From the sequence record DRR378314_108: 58,108 bases of DNA, one strand, 5' to 3'. Both the position numbers and the translations under genes were made by a program. The notes below the pieces were generated by a model, which saw only the letters and a list, made by a program, of their open reading frames with translations, searched no databases and was not told where the DNA came from. Shown here piece after piece: positions 39,242 to 49,165 of this stretch. Every line of letters starts with the position of its first letter. Position 1 is the stretch's first letter.

Positions 39242-40225
39242 TTATTGCCGGTTATGCCTGGCCTCGGATGGCGTTATGCCGTAGTAGTCCTTGAAACAGT
39301 TGCTGAAGTGGCTGCTGCTGACAAAGCCACTTGCCAGGGAAATGTTGAGGATGCTCCGGTTGGTTTGCATCAGCAGGCGCCGGGCATGGACCAGCCTGAG
39401 TTCCAGATAGTAGCGCGACGGTGATGTGTCCAGGTGGTTCTGGAACAGGCGCTCCACCTGTCGCCGGGAAATAGTGGCGCATTCCGACAGCTCCAGGAGG
39501 GAGAGCGGTTCTTCGATGTTGGCCCGCATCAGTGCCAGCAGGGTTTGCAATGCCTCCGGAAGGGTTGGATCGTCACCCAAGTTCAGTGGCATCGGGCCCA
39601 CCTGCTCGGCAACCTGGTCACAGCTCAGGATTTCACGCACCGCCCGAACGATGTGCGGATTGTGCAGCAGTTCGCCGATCAGCTTCAGCATCATCTCCAA
39701 TGCACTGACCGGGCCGGCACAGGTGGCGTGGTGGTCCTCGATCTCGTAGGCGTTGGTGGATAACTTCACGTTGGGGAAGTTCTCACGCACATAGGCATGG
39801 TTGTCCGGATGCAGGGCGCAGGCATGGTGCCCCATCAGCCCTGCCTGAACCAGCGACACGCCGCCGTTCCATAATCCGCCCAAACGAATGCCTTTTTGAT
39901 CGGCTGTTCTCAGGGCATTTAGCAGATACGGTTCGGGGTCCAGCTGGCTGCGATAGCCGCCACAGACAATCAGCATGTCGACATTCTCTGGCTTGATCGC
40001 CAGGGAATCCAGTGTGGTCCCGGTGGACACCTCGATTCCGAGGTCGCTGAGCACGGTCCGGCTTCCGGTCCCTATGGTGAAGTGCTCGAACACCGGCTCC
40101 GGTGTGACCAGGTTTGTGGTAACCAGCGTGTCAACGGCGGCGGTAAAGGTGACCATGGAAAAATGCTCGCGCAGGATAAAACCGATGCGCAGCGGCGTTT
40201 TTACACGAGGCAGCCCCCGACTCAT
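39242..40225 (-). CDS. GlxA-type AraC-family regulator (DJ-1/GATase-like plus AraC HTH)
   Basis: 'IGFILREHFSM', 'MRANIEEPLSL', 'ISRRQVERLF...SPSRYYLELRL' and 'GFVSSSHFS'. Confidence 0.9.
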   Translation of the reverse strand: MSRGLPRVKTPLRIGFILREHFSMVTFTAAVDTLVTTNLVTPEPVFEHFTIGTGSRTVLSDLGIEVSTGTTLDSLAIKPENVDMLIVCGGYRSQLDPEPYLLNALRTADQKGIRLGGLWNGGVSLVQAGLMGHHACALHPDNHAYVRENFPNVKLSTNAYEIEDHHATCAGPVSALEMMLKLIGELLHNPHIVRAVREILSCDQVAEQVGPMPLNLGDDPTLPEALQTLLALMRANIEEPLSLLELSECATISRRQVERLFQNHLDTSPSRYYLELRLVHARRLLMQTNRSILNISLASGFVSSSHFSNCFKDYYGITPSEARHNRQ

Positions 40226-40983
40226 TGGTATTGCCTCAAAAACCGGTTCGCATGAATATCTCGAATAGACTGCAACACGCCGCGCAATTCCAGTTTGGCG
40301 AGGGCGAGGTTGATGCGGTCCACCAATTCCTGGGCGTCCTCGGCGTTTTTGGGCACCAGGATGTGCATTTTCTGGCGCGAGAACACGAAGCTGAGCCTAC
40401 GCACGGCGTTCGGGTTTTCAAAGACCGTATCGATGGCCTTCCTGGCGGAGAATATATCCACGGGAATGACATCCACTTTGCCGGCTTTCAACAGCTCGAA
40501 ACAGTCTGCCAGAGTTTCGGCTTGTTCCAGGGTGGTACCTGGCTGCTGCAGAAGGAAGGTCAGGTCGTGCGTGAAGTAGCCCTGGGGGCGGCAGAAACGA
40601 TGCCCGGCGAGCCCCGCCAGTTCCGTCGTCCGGACCTGGCCGGCGGTTAACACGAACGGCACGATGTAATTGGACATCAGGGGTTCCGTATAGTGGAACC
40701 GCTTGGCCCTGTCTTCACTGAAGTACCAGGGAAACGTCGCCTGGTAGCGCCCTTCTTCGGTGCCGGAAAGCAGGGCATTCCACGTAGGCTGGAACACGAT
40801 TTCATGCTCCAGATCGGCTTCCGACATGACGCGATCCACGATTTCAACAATCATGCCACGGCCTTTGAGGTCTTCACCGGTAAAGGGGGAAAAGTTTCCT
40901 GAGGTGACCAGCCGAAAGGGGTCCGCCGACGCGGTACTGAGCAGGCTGATTAGCAGGAAGCCAGAGATAAGGAACTTCTTCAT
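40222..40983 (-). CDS. Orphan periplasmic solute-binding protein (family 3-like)
   Basis: Signal peptide, 'FSPFTG.DL.GRGMIVEIV', 'FPWYFSEDR..RFHYTEPL' and 'LLKAGKVD'. ATGA overlap with the regulator. Confidence 0.75.
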   Translation of the reverse strand: MKKFLISGFLLISLLSTASADPFRLVTSGNFSPFTGEDLKGRGMIVEIVDRVMSEADLEHEIVFQPTWNALLSGTEEGRYQATFPWYFSEDRAKRFHYTEPLMSNYIVPFVLTAGQVRTTELAGLAGHRFCRPQGYFTHDLTFLLQQPGTTLEQAETLADCFELLKAGKVDVIPVDIFSARKAIDTVFENPNAVRRLSFVFSRQKMHILVPKNAEDAQELVDRINLALAKLELRGVLQSIRDIHANRFLRQYQ

Positions 40984-41224
40984 ATAGGTACCCGTATCCA
41001 GTCGGTGCTGAAAAGAGGTCCTATAGAGGCAGTCCGTTACCGTTTACGAAGAACCCGTTTTCAGGAGAGAAAAAGGACGGGGTGTCCACTTGGGTCCATA
41101 AAGCTTAACCCCGTCAATATGGGCATGGCCGAGATTCCCGATGGTAAAAACGAACCTGATGGCTTAGGCGCCGATTAGTTTGAAGGCATAGTAGGCGTGA
41201 TGGAGGATGTTGAGATGACCGGAC

Positions 41225-41302
41225 GCGACGAGGGAGGAATGGTTTGCGACAGGGCGCATGAGAACGGGTAGGGCGTGTCCGGTGTAAGAAAGAATCTGTC
41301 GT
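41225..41302. promoter_or_regulatory. Two oppositely oriented GbdR/SouR-type tandem sites in the SBP/fdhA divergent promoter
   Basis: GCGACG(41225)-N15-GCGACA(41246) and TGTCCG(41276)-N15-TGTCGT(41297). Confidence 0.6.
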
Positions 41303-41385
41303 TTACAGGCATGTGCCCGGTGGCCGGGTGTTTAAAGTAAGGAGGGCACTTCCACCACAACAGCCTGATAACGAAGGAAGACAAA

Positions 41386-42585
41386 ATGACAGTTAATGCA
41401 TCCAACCGTGGGGTCATTTACCAGGGCCCTGGCCAGGTTTCCATCGACGCCATCGATTTCCCAAAACTTGCCCTTGGTAAGCGACGCTGCGACCACGGCG
41501 TGATCCTGAAAGTACTGACCACTAACATCTGTGGTTCCGACCAGCATATGGTACGCGGCCGCACCACCGCACCCCAGGGCCTGGTGCTCGGCCATGAAAT
41601 TACCGGTCAGATTATCGAATGCGGCCGGGACGTTGAATTCCTTAAGGTCGACGACATTGTTTCCGTACCCTTCAATATCGCCTGCGGCCGCTGTCGTAAC
41701 TGTAAGGAAGGCCGCACCGGCATCTGTCTGAACGTTAACCCCGCCCGTCCCGGCGCCGCCTACGGCTATGTGGACATGGGTGGCTGGGTCGGGGGCCAGG
41801 CCGAATATGTCATGGTCCCTTATGCTGACTTTAACCTGCTGAAGTTCCCCAATTCAGACCAGGCCATGGAGAAGATCAAGGACCTCACTCTGTTGTCCGA
41901 CATATTCCCCACCGGCTTCCACGGTTGTGTCACCGCTGGCGTCGGCCCCGGTTCCACCGTCTACATTGCCGGTGCTGGTCCGGTCGGCCTGGCCGCTGCG
42001 GTCAGTGCCCAACTGCTCGGCGCCGCCTGCGTCATCGTCGGTGACATGATCGACGAGCGCCTTGACCAGGCCCGCAGCTTCGGCTGTGAAGCCGTCGACC
42101 TGAAACAGGATGCCGAACTGCCCGATTTGCTTGAGCAGATCCTCGGCGAGCCGGAAGTTGACTGCTTCGTGGACTGTGTCGGCTTTGAAGCCCACGCCTG
42201 CGGCCACCATCACCATCACGAGCAACCGGCCACGGTACTGAACTCCGCGATGCAGGTTACCCGGGCCGGTGGCGAGATCGGCATTCCCGGTCTTTATGTG
42301 ACTGAAGACCCTGGTGCCTCCGAAGAATCCGCCAAGCAGGGTGCGTTGAGCATGCGCTTTGGCCTCGGGTGGGCCAAGTCTCACTCCTTCCACACCGGCC
42401 AGTGCCCGGTCATGAAGTATCACCGCCAGCTCATGCAGGCCATCCTGTTCGAGCGCGTGGATATCGCCAAGGCCGTAAACGTGCAGATGATCAGCCTCGA
42501 CCAGGCTCCCAAGGGGTACGCTGATTTTGATGGCGGTGCTGCCAAGAAGTTCGTGATCGATCCGCACGCATCAGTGGCTGCCTGA
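41386..42585 (+). CDS. fdhA: Glutathione-independent formaldehyde dehydrogenase
   Basis: 'TNICGSDQHMVRGRT', 'GHEITG', 'CGRCRNC...C', 'LSDIFPTG' and 'GLYVTEDPGA', as in Pseudomonas FdhA. Confidence 0.95.
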   Translation: MTVNASNRGVIYQGPGQVSIDAIDFPKLALGKRRCDHGVILKVLTTNICGSDQHMVRGRTTAPQGLVLGHEITGQIIECGRDVEFLKVDDIVSVPFNIACGRCRNCKEGRTGICLNVNPARPGAAYGYVDMGGWVGGQAEYVMVPYADFNLLKFPNSDQAMEKIKDLTLLSDIFPTGFHGCVTAGVGPGSTVYIAGAGPVGLAAAVSAQLLGAACVIVGDMIDERLDQARSFGCEAVDLKQDAELPDLLEQILGEPEVDCFVDCVGFEAHACGHHHHHEQPATVLNSAMQVTRAGGEIGIPGLYVTEDPGASEESAKQGALSMRFGLGWAKSHSFHTGQCPVMKYHRQLMQAILFERVDIAKAVNVQMISLDQAPKGYADFDGGAAKKFVIDPHASVAA

Positions 42586-42609
42586 CGTCAGCTTCTGGTT
42601 GACCTACTC

Positions 42610-42641
42610 GTGCGGGGGCCGCCTGTTAATGGCCCCCGCAC
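42610..42641 (+). terminator. 11-bp stem hairpin after fdhA
   Basis: GTGCGGGGGCC-N10-GGCCCCCGCAC; weak U-tract. Confidence 0.55.
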
Positions 42642-42769
42642 CCCTTAGCCGTTAGCAGTCTGATCCCCCCAGGCTACAATTCCCTATATATTGCCACCGC
42701 CTGCTCAAGCACTACGGGCCCCTCCCCATGGAGCAGACCTTCATCACAAAAACAGGGGGTAAATAGATA

Positions 42770-44725
42770 ATGACAATCCAGAGCCGTTTCCTGGCTGTGC
42801 TCCTGGCAGGGGTCACTCTACCAACCGTTGTAGTCGCAGTCCTCTCCCTGTACCAGTTCCGGGCGAACATTCTTGATAACTACCAGGCCACCAGCCTCGC
42901 CGAAATGAAGCAGATAGAACGGGGGTTTACGTTCTATCTTGACGGGTTGTCGTCCAGTGCGGAATTCTTCGCAAACACCGATGCCATCAGGCAACTGGAT
43001 AGCTCCGTCACCAGCTACGTCGATCGTTCAAGCGAGGCCGGACCGCCTTCCGACGTCAGCGATGTGGAGGCGGAGGCCTTCGGATTAATGGATGCCTTCG
43101 GCAGGTCACGAGAGGACCTGGCCTATGTATTTGTCGGGCTTAGCGATGGCGGTTATATCCAATGGCCCGCTGGCGGCCTGCCGGACAACTACGACCCCCG
43201 GGCCAGGCCCTGGTACATTACCGGTAAGGAGGGTGACGGCGAGCCGGTCCGCGTTCCGGCCTACGCGGACTCGAATACCGGAGCCCCGCTTCTCGATTAT
43301 GTCGTTGAGTTCACCACCAGGAGCGGTCTGACCGGTGTCATGGGTATTGATGTCACCCTGAGGAAGCTGACGGACCTGATCAGCGAGGTGCGGTTGGGGG
43401 CGAGCGGTTATCTCGTGCTCGTGGAGGATACCGGCACAGTACTGGCAGACCCACGGGAGCCGGACAACAACTTTCGTGCGATCGATGGGCTGGAGACTGT
43501 CTACAGCAACCTTGGTGCGGATTCCGATCTACGGGAAATCGAATGGCAGGGTGAGAACTGGTACGTCAACCAGTATACCTCGCCAGATACTGGCTGGAAG
43601 TTTATCGGGATTGTGCCGTCCCATGAGGTGTTGGCAAAAGTTTCCCAGCTCCAGCAGTTTATTATCTGGATAAGTATCGTGCTCGTCGCCCTGTTTGGTG
43701 CCCTGGGGTATTGGATGAGCCGGGTCATGTCCCGTCCGATCAAAGCGGTTACAGACGGATTGAACGAAGCTGCCAGCGGGGAAGGGGATCTCACCAAACG
43801 ATTGCCTGCCCACCGGAAAGACGAAACGGGGCAGATGGCCAGCGCGTTCAATGCTTTCTCAACAGTCATCCACGACCTGATCGTTGCGATCAAGGACCGT
43901 GCCAAATCCGTCGCCATGGAAGCGAAGACGTCGACGGATGTTTCTCATCATATAGAGTCCATCGCGTCCGCCCAGTCCGAGTCGCTGGAACAGATATCCA
44001 CGGCCAGTAACGAGATGGTCGCCACCGCAAACGAAGTTGCGCAGAGCTGCAATGATACGGCGGAATCCGCGGACCAGTGCCTGGCCGAGGTGGAAACCGG
44101 CACGAATCTGATCCGGCAAACCCGTAACAGCGTCAATCTGCTTGCCGCAACCCTGAGCGACGCCAATACCGCCATGGATGAACTGGTGGAGGAAAACAGG
44201 AAGATCACAACCATCCTGGACACTATCCGGGCAATAGCGGAGCAAACCAATCTGCTTGCCCTCAATGCCGCCATTGAGTCGGCGAGGGCAGGTGAGCATG
44301 GGCGAGGGTTTGCCGTGGTGGCGGACGAAGTGCGTGAGCTCTCCCGCAAAACGGCACGCTCAACCGAGGAGATCGACTCTTTGCTTTCGTCATTGAACGA
44401 AAGAACGGTACTGGTATCAACGAAACTGGCGGGCAGCTCCGAGCACTCGGACTCAACCGTCAGGACCACCGAGGCCGCCGCGGACATATTCCGTGCCATC
44501 CATGAGCGGGTGAGCAGGATTAGGGATATGGCTACGCAGATCGCAACGGCCACCGAGGAACAGCATTCCGTTGCCGAAGACATTAGCCGGAATGTCACCG
44601 GGGCCTATAACGATGCATCTCGCGCCCGGGAAGTGGCAATGAATGCGAACCAGACCGCCATGACTCTGGATAGCCTGTCGGAGGAGCTCGAGGATCTAGT
44701 CAAGCAGTTTAAGACGGGGAGCTAA
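42770..44725 (+). CDS. Methyl-accepting chemotaxis protein with dCache_1 sensor
   Basis: Two TM helices, 'YDPRARPWY', '[16 protein letters not shown]', HAMP 'GEGDLTKRL' and '[34 protein letters not shown]'. Confidence 0.93.
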   Translation: MTIQSRFLAVLLAGVTLPTVVVAVLSLYQFRANILDNYQATSLAEMKQIERGFTFYLDGLSSSAEFFANTDAIRQLDSSVTSYVDRSSEAGPPSDVSDVEAEAFGLMDAFGRSREDLAYVFVGLSDGGYIQWPAGGLPDNYDPRARPWYITGKEGDGEPVRVPAYADSNTGAPLLDYVVEFTTRSGLTGVMGIDVTLRKLTDLISEVRLGASGYLVLVEDTGTVLADPREPDNNFRAIDGLETVYSNLGADSDLREIEWQGENWYVNQYTSPDTGWKFIGIVPSHEVLAKVSQLQQFIIWISIVLVALFGALGYWMSRVMSRPIKAVTDGLNEAASGEGDLTKRLPAHRKDETGQMASAFNAFSTVIHDLIVAIKDRAKSVAMEAKTSTDVSHHIESIASAQSESLEQISTASNEMVATANEVAQSCNDTAESADQCLAEVETGTNLIRQTRNSVNLLAATLSDANTAMDELVEENRKITTILDTIRAIAEQTNLLALNAAIESARAGEHGRGFAVVADEVRELSRKTARSTEEIDSLLSSLNERTVLVSTKLAGSSEHSDSTVRTTEAAADIFRAIHERVSRIRDMATQIATATEEQHSVAEDISRNVTGAYNDASRAREVAMNANQTAMTLDSLSEELEDLVKQFKTGS

Positions 44726-44731
44726 CAGGGC

Positions 44732-44780
44732 CCGGATGGGCGAGATGCATGAAGTCCTTTGCATGCTCTCGCCCATCCGG
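44732..44780. terminator. Long hairpin between the convergent MCP and gbcA genes (probably a bidirectional terminator or REP-like element)
   Basis: Perfect 14-bp arms CCGGATGGGCGAGA / TCTCGCCCATCCGG. Confidence 0.6.
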
Positions 44781-44814
44781 TAAAACTGACGGTTCGGTTT
44801 TCCGTCCTGGGGGA

Positions 44815-46086
44815 CTACAAACTGTCGTGGGTCAGGTTTTTAAGGACCGTTTCACCATACCAGTCCAGGAAGTTGATCACGCCAAACTCGTAGGTTTCCG
44901 AATAGGGGCCGGGTTGATAGGCCAGTGAATTGATGCCCCGCTGGTTTTGCTCCGCCAGTTCCCGGTCCTGTTTGTTGGTCTGGTCCCACACGTAGCGCAT
45001 GCGTTCTACGTCGTAGTCTTCACCTTCCACTGCGTCCTTATGTACCAGCCATTTGGTGGTTACCAGCGTTTTCTGTGCGGAAACCGGATGCACCTGAAAC
45101 ACGATTACGTGATCACTTTGCATGTGATTCCACGAATTCGGCAGGTGCAGGATCCGCATAGAACCCAGGCTCTGGTTTTGGATGCGTCCCAGGTTTTTCT
45201 TGCAGGCCGGTTTGCCATCCATGGTCATCACCGCCGTGCCTTCCTTTAGCGGCATCCGCACGATCCGGTTCTGTAACCCGAATTCCACATGTTTGTGTGG
45301 AATGCCTTCACGGTCCCATTCCGCGGCCTGGCGCTCGTAGTGTTCCTTGAATTCCGGTGTGGCCCGGGGGTCGTTGGTGTCGTCCCATTCCAGCAGGGTG
45401 CGCAGCAATTCCGGGTGGGAGCCCGAGCAGTGATAACACTCCCGGTTATTTTCCAATACCAGCTTCCAGTTGGCGTTCTCCTCCAGGGTTGACTCTGCCG
45501 CCACCTTGGCGTTTTCCATGTCGTAGGGTTCCATATAGGCGTCCAGGGCGGTCAGATAGGCATCGATCTCGGGTGGTTCGCCCTCGGCGAGGCAGACATA
45601 GATAAAGCCGCCGGCCGTTTTGCAATGCGCCGGTTTCAGGCCAAAATCGTTTTTATCAAAACCATCGCCCATTTCCGTTCCGGCGAAAATCAGATTGCCT
45701 TTCAGATCATAGGTCCACTGATGATAGGGGCAGGTCAGGTTCGCCACCTTACCTTTCTTGGCGGTGCAAACTCGCGAGCCCCGGTGGCGGCACACGTTGT
45801 GGAATGCGCGAACGTCGCCGTCACGGTCACGTACGACCAGCACCGGGTTCTGCCCGACCTCCACCGTTATGTAGGCACCCGGTGTTGGCACTTCGCAGGT
45901 CATGCCGACAAACAACCATTCCTTCATGAACACTTCTTCCATATCCACCCGGAAGAGAAAGGGCTCGTTATACAGCGCCTGGGGCAGGGAAAGGTTTCGG
46001 GACCGCTCGGTCAGCGTCCGGCTCATATCCCGTCGGGCATCCCCAATGTGGTTGTATTGTAGGTTGAGTAGGTCGTATTCGGTCAT
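44815..46086 (-). CDS. gbcA: Glycine betaine monooxygenase, Rieske oxygenase subunit
   Basis: Rieske 'NVCRHRG...CPYHQWTY', mononuclear Fe site 'NWKLVLENNRECYHC...HPEL', GbcA-like 'GSMRILHLPNSWNH' and 'AYQPGPYS'; divergent from its reductase. Confidence 0.88.
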   Translation of the reverse strand: MTEYDLLNLQYNHIGDARRDMSRTLTERSRNLSLPQALYNEPFLFRVDMEEVFMKEWLFVGMTCEVPTPGAYITVEVGQNPVLVVRDRDGDVRAFHNVCRHRGSRVCTAKKGKVANLTCPYHQWTYDLKGNLIFAGTEMGDGFDKNDFGLKPAHCKTAGGFIYVCLAEGEPPEIDAYLTALDAYMEPYDMENAKVAAESTLEENANWKLVLENNRECYHCSGSHPELLRTLLEWDDTNDPRATPEFKEHYERQAAEWDREGIPHKHVEFGLQNRIVRMPLKEGTAVMTMDGKPACKKNLGRIQNQSLGSMRILHLPNSWNHMQSDHVIVFQVHPVSAQKTLVTTKWLVHKDAVEGEDYDVERMRYVWDQTNKQDRELAEQNQRGINSLAYQPGPYSETYEFGVINFLDWYGETVLKNLTHDSL

Positions 46087-46203
46087 CGGAGCATTTCCTG
46101 TTATAGGGGTGTACTTCAGCACGTGACGTTACCCGTCAATGACTCGGGCGCGGGTTTCCGGTAACACATTTTCGCAGGGGCCACGGGCGCCGGTTATCCG
46201 TTT

Positions 46204-46230
46204 ACGACATTCGCGGTTTTTAATTCGACT
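46204..46230 (-). promoter_or_regulatory. GbdR-type tandem site upstream of gbcA
   Basis: ACGACA(46204)-N15-TCGACT(46225); a further half-site TGTCGT at 46287 faces gbcB. Confidence 0.55.
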
Positions 46231-46382
46231 TGGCGGGGATGGATGATGAGTACAGGCCGGACGGCTGGAGAAGTTGATCAAGACTTTGTCGTAAATGGGT
46301 AACTCAGGGCTTTGGAATTTCACCAGAATGGATGCTCACAATTCCACCGGTGCCGAATCACCCACGATGGAGATTAAGAACA

Positions 46383-47510
46383 ATGACCAGCGTCACCGAA
46401 GCCCCCGAACCCTCGTCTCACTTCAATCCGCTCAACACACGGGTTTGGGCCAACGGCCGCCACCTGGTCCGATGTGTTCGCGTTATCCAGGAAACCTGGG
46501 ACGTGAAAACCTTCTGCTTCAATGCAGAACAATCCGTCATGTTCTTCTTCAAGCCTGGTCAGTTCGTCACCCTGGAGCTGGAAATCGATGGCGAACAGGT
46601 CATGCGTTCCTACACTATCTCAAGTTCGCCATCTGTTCCCTATAGTTTTTCGATCACGGTCAAGCGGGTGCCCGGAGGTTATGTATCCAACTGGCTGCAC
46701 GACAACCTCAAAGTACATGACGAGCTTGCCGTTCATGGCCCGGTCGGTGACTTCAATTGCATCGATTATCCTTCCGAGAAGTTTCTGCTGCTCTCCGGCG
46801 GTGTCGGCATTACGCCCCTGATGTCCATGGCGCGCTGGTATTTCGACACCAATGCGGATGTCGACATGACCTTCATCCACAGCGCTCGTGCGCCCAAAGA
46901 CATCATTTTCCAGCGTGAACTCGAACACATGTGTTCGCGAGTTTCTAACTTTAACCTCAGTGTTATTTGCGAGCGGACCGAAATCGGCCACGCCTGGAAT
47001 GGCTACCGGGGCTACCTTGACCATGCCAAACTCGAAATGATCGCACCGGATTACCTGAGCCGCCGCATTTTCTGTTGTGGCCCGACCCCCTACATGCGTG
47101 CCATCAAGAACCTTCTCATCGAGAACGGTTTCGACATGTCGAGATACCATGAGGAATCTTTCGGAGCCACTCCGGCGGATGTCACCGAGGAAGCGCTCGA
47201 ACAAGCGGAAATAGCCGTTAAAGAAGCAGAGGAGATCAAGGACGCTGATACGTTTACTGTTGATTTCACCGCCTCCGGCATGAGTGTCCAGATCCTGCCG
47301 GGAGAAACCGTCCACGCTGCTGCCAGTCGTCTTGGGCTTAATATTCCCAAGGCCTGCGGAGTCGGCATTTGTGGTACCTGCAAGGTGCTGAAGACCTGCG
47401 GCGAGGTCGATATCCAGCATAACGGTGGTATAACCGAGGAAGACCTGACCGAGGGTTACATTCTCTCCTGCTGCAGCACTCCTTTATCCGATCTCAGCAT
47501 AGACGGTTGA
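46383..47510 (+). CDS. gbcB: Glycine betaine monooxygenase reductase subunit (FNR-type flavin plus [2Fe-2S])
   Basis: 'FKPGQFVTLEL', 'RSYTISSSP', 'GGVGITPLMSM', 'CCGP' and 'ACGVGICGTCK...C'. GGAG RBS before ATG 46383. Confidence 0.88.
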   Translation: MTSVTEAPEPSSHFNPLNTRVWANGRHLVRCVRVIQETWDVKTFCFNAEQSVMFFFKPGQFVTLELEIDGEQVMRSYTISSSPSVPYSFSITVKRVPGGYVSNWLHDNLKVHDELAVHGPVGDFNCIDYPSEKFLLLSGGVGITPLMSMARWYFDTNADVDMTFIHSARAPKDIIFQRELEHMCSRVSNFNLSVICERTEIGHAWNGYRGYLDHAKLEMIAPDYLSRRIFCCGPTPYMRAIKNLLIENGFDMSRYHEESFGATPADVTEEALEQAEIAVKEAEEIKDADTFTVDFTASGMSVQILPGETVHAAASRLGLNIPKACGVGICGTCKVLKTCGEVDIQHNGGITEEDLTEGYILSCCSTPLSDLSIDG

Positions 47511-47664
47511 TTTAGGCGGCTTTACGCTGCGTTGTCCTGCTCAGGTGTGCTGGCTCCCGGTTATCTGAGGGCCAGTGCACCCATGTCGCAATTAAGCTCA
47601 AATATATACCTAAAGTGACGCTTTTGGGCGGTTGCCCGTTCAGCGCCGGGCTTACTATTAGCAC

Positions 47665-47678
47665 TTGATCAAGATCAA
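47665..47678. promoter_or_regulatory. Perfect FNR/ANR consensus box TTGAT-caag-ATCAA upstream of gbdR
   Basis: Exact match to TTGAT-N4-ATCAA, inside the inverted repeat ACTTGATC-AA-GATCAAGT (47663-47680). Confidence 0.55.
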
Positions 47679-47808
47679 GTACGACATGCAGGGAGAGGCG
47701 TTGGCTTTTTCCTAATAAAAACAAAATCCTGACGGTGGTCGCTCGGCCCGGACGTGTTTCGGGACCCGCTGATCAACTGGGCTTGCAATACATGAGAGGG
47801 GTAAGTCC

Positions 47809-48954
47809 ATGAAAGAGAATATCGTTCCTCAGCCTGACCTGATTAGCGCACAGCCCTATCGGGTTGGTTTCCTGTTGATCGATAACTTCACCCTGGCTGC
47901 CTTGGCGTCGACCATAGAACCTTTGCGCATGGCCAACCAGCTCACCAGTACCGAACTTTACACCTGGCAGCTATTGTCCCGCGACGGCGAGATAGTAAAG
48001 GCCAGTGATGGTCTCAAGATTTCTCCAGATGGCTCGATTGCCGACAACAAGGTTTTCGATATTGTCATCGTGGTGGGTGGCGTTGATATCACCCGGAGCT
48101 ACACCACCAGGGAAGTGAGCTGGCTCCAGCAGCAGGCGCATAAAAAGGTCCTGCTTGGCGCCGTATGTACCGGTGCCTACGTGCTGGCCAGCGGAGGCCT
48201 GCTCGATGGCTATCATTGCAGTGCCCATTGGGAATGCCTGGCCTCCCTCCAGGAGCGGTTTCCCCGTGTAAACTGTACCAACCAGCTCTACACCCTCGAC
48301 CGGGACCGGATGACCTGTACCGGAGGCAATGTGCCAATGGACATGATGCTCAGCATGATCGCCCGCCAGCACGGCAAAGCGTTAACCAATGCGATTTGCG
48401 ACATGTTCGTCTGCGACCGCGTGCGCCCGGATAACGAATTGCAGCGCACCCCGCTGCGCCGTCTGCTCACATCGGCCCAACCGAAACTCGCCGAAGTCAC
48501 TGAGTTGATGGAGGCGAATATAGAGGAACCCATTGAACTCGAGGAACTTGCCAGCTTTGTTGGCATTTCCCGTCGTCAACTGGAGCGGCTCTTCCTGAGG
48601 CACCTGAACTGCACGCCTTCACGCTACTATCTGAAACTCCGACTGGACCGGGCGCGTCAGTTACTGAAACAGACCACCTGTTCCATCATTGAAGTTGCCT
48701 CCATGTGCGGTTTCGTATCAGCTCCTCACTTCAGTCGCTGTTATCGCAAGTACATCGGCATCTCTCCCAAGGAGGAGCGAGCCGAGGTATGGTCTCTAAA
48801 GCAACTGACTCCGCCAGCCCCCGGTGAAGTCGCCGCCCTGCATACCTCCTCCTATATTGCTCTGCAGCTGGCTCAGGCGGAGCCTTCCTGTGGTGCGGTT
48901 AACTTCATGTCGGCTTCCGTGCCGTTTGTTCAAAGGCTTGCCGCTTCGGGGTAA
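47809..48954 (+). CDS. gbdR: GbdR-like AraC/GlxA-family activator of glycine betaine catabolism
   Basis: 'VGFLLIDNFTL.ALAS.IEPLRMANQL', 'AQPKL.EV..LMEANIEEPI' and 'PSRYYLKLRL'; sits between gbcAB and the dgc operon. Confidence 0.82.
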   Translation: MKENIVPQPDLISAQPYRVGFLLIDNFTLAALASTIEPLRMANQLTSTELYTWQLLSRDGEIVKASDGLKISPDGSIADNKVFDIVIVVGGVDITRSYTTREVSWLQQQAHKKVLLGAVCTGAYVLASGGLLDGYHCSAHWECLASLQERFPRVNCTNQLYTLDRDRMTCTGGNVPMDMMLSMIARQHGKALTNAICDMFVCDRVRPDNELQRTPLRRLLTSAQPKLAEVTELMEANIEEPIELEELASFVGISRRQLERLFLRHLNCTPSRYYLKLRLDRARQLLKQTTCSIIEVASMCGFVSAPHFSRCYRKYIGISPKEERAEVWSLKQLTPPAPGEVAALHTSSYIALQLAQAEPSCGAVNFMSASVPFVQRLAASG

Positions 48955-48975
48955 CCCGGGAACGCGGATAAGGTG

Positions 48976-48999
48976 AGGGGCTTCGGCCCCTTTTTTTTT
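48976..48999 (+). terminator. Rho-independent terminator after gbdR
   Basis: AGGGGC-TTCG-GCCCCT stem-loop running into a 9-T tract. Confidence 0.9.
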
Positions 49000-49063
49000 A
49001 AGGCTCCGGCCCGGTGCTGGCCCTCACCATTCCCGGTGCCGCCGCTTCTCATCCGCGACGACC

Positions 49064-49090
49064 TGCCGATTTTGGTGTTTGCCCTGTCGC
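49064..49090 (+). promoter_or_regulatory. GbdR-type tandem site upstream of the dgc operon
   Basis: TGCCGA(49064)-N15-TGTCGC(49085). Confidence 0.6.
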
Positions 49091-49165
49091 TTCCAGTGAA
49101 CTTGCCCGAACGCGCCGTGGATACACTCCCTCTATGTTCCAACCAATCAACCGTCGGGGTGTCAC

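Noticed and set aside
42205-42219. His5 run in FdhA (a similar His run occurs in GspL near 726-743)
   Set aside because: Falls in a variable, His-containing loop; no evidence of a separate function or of an engineered tag.
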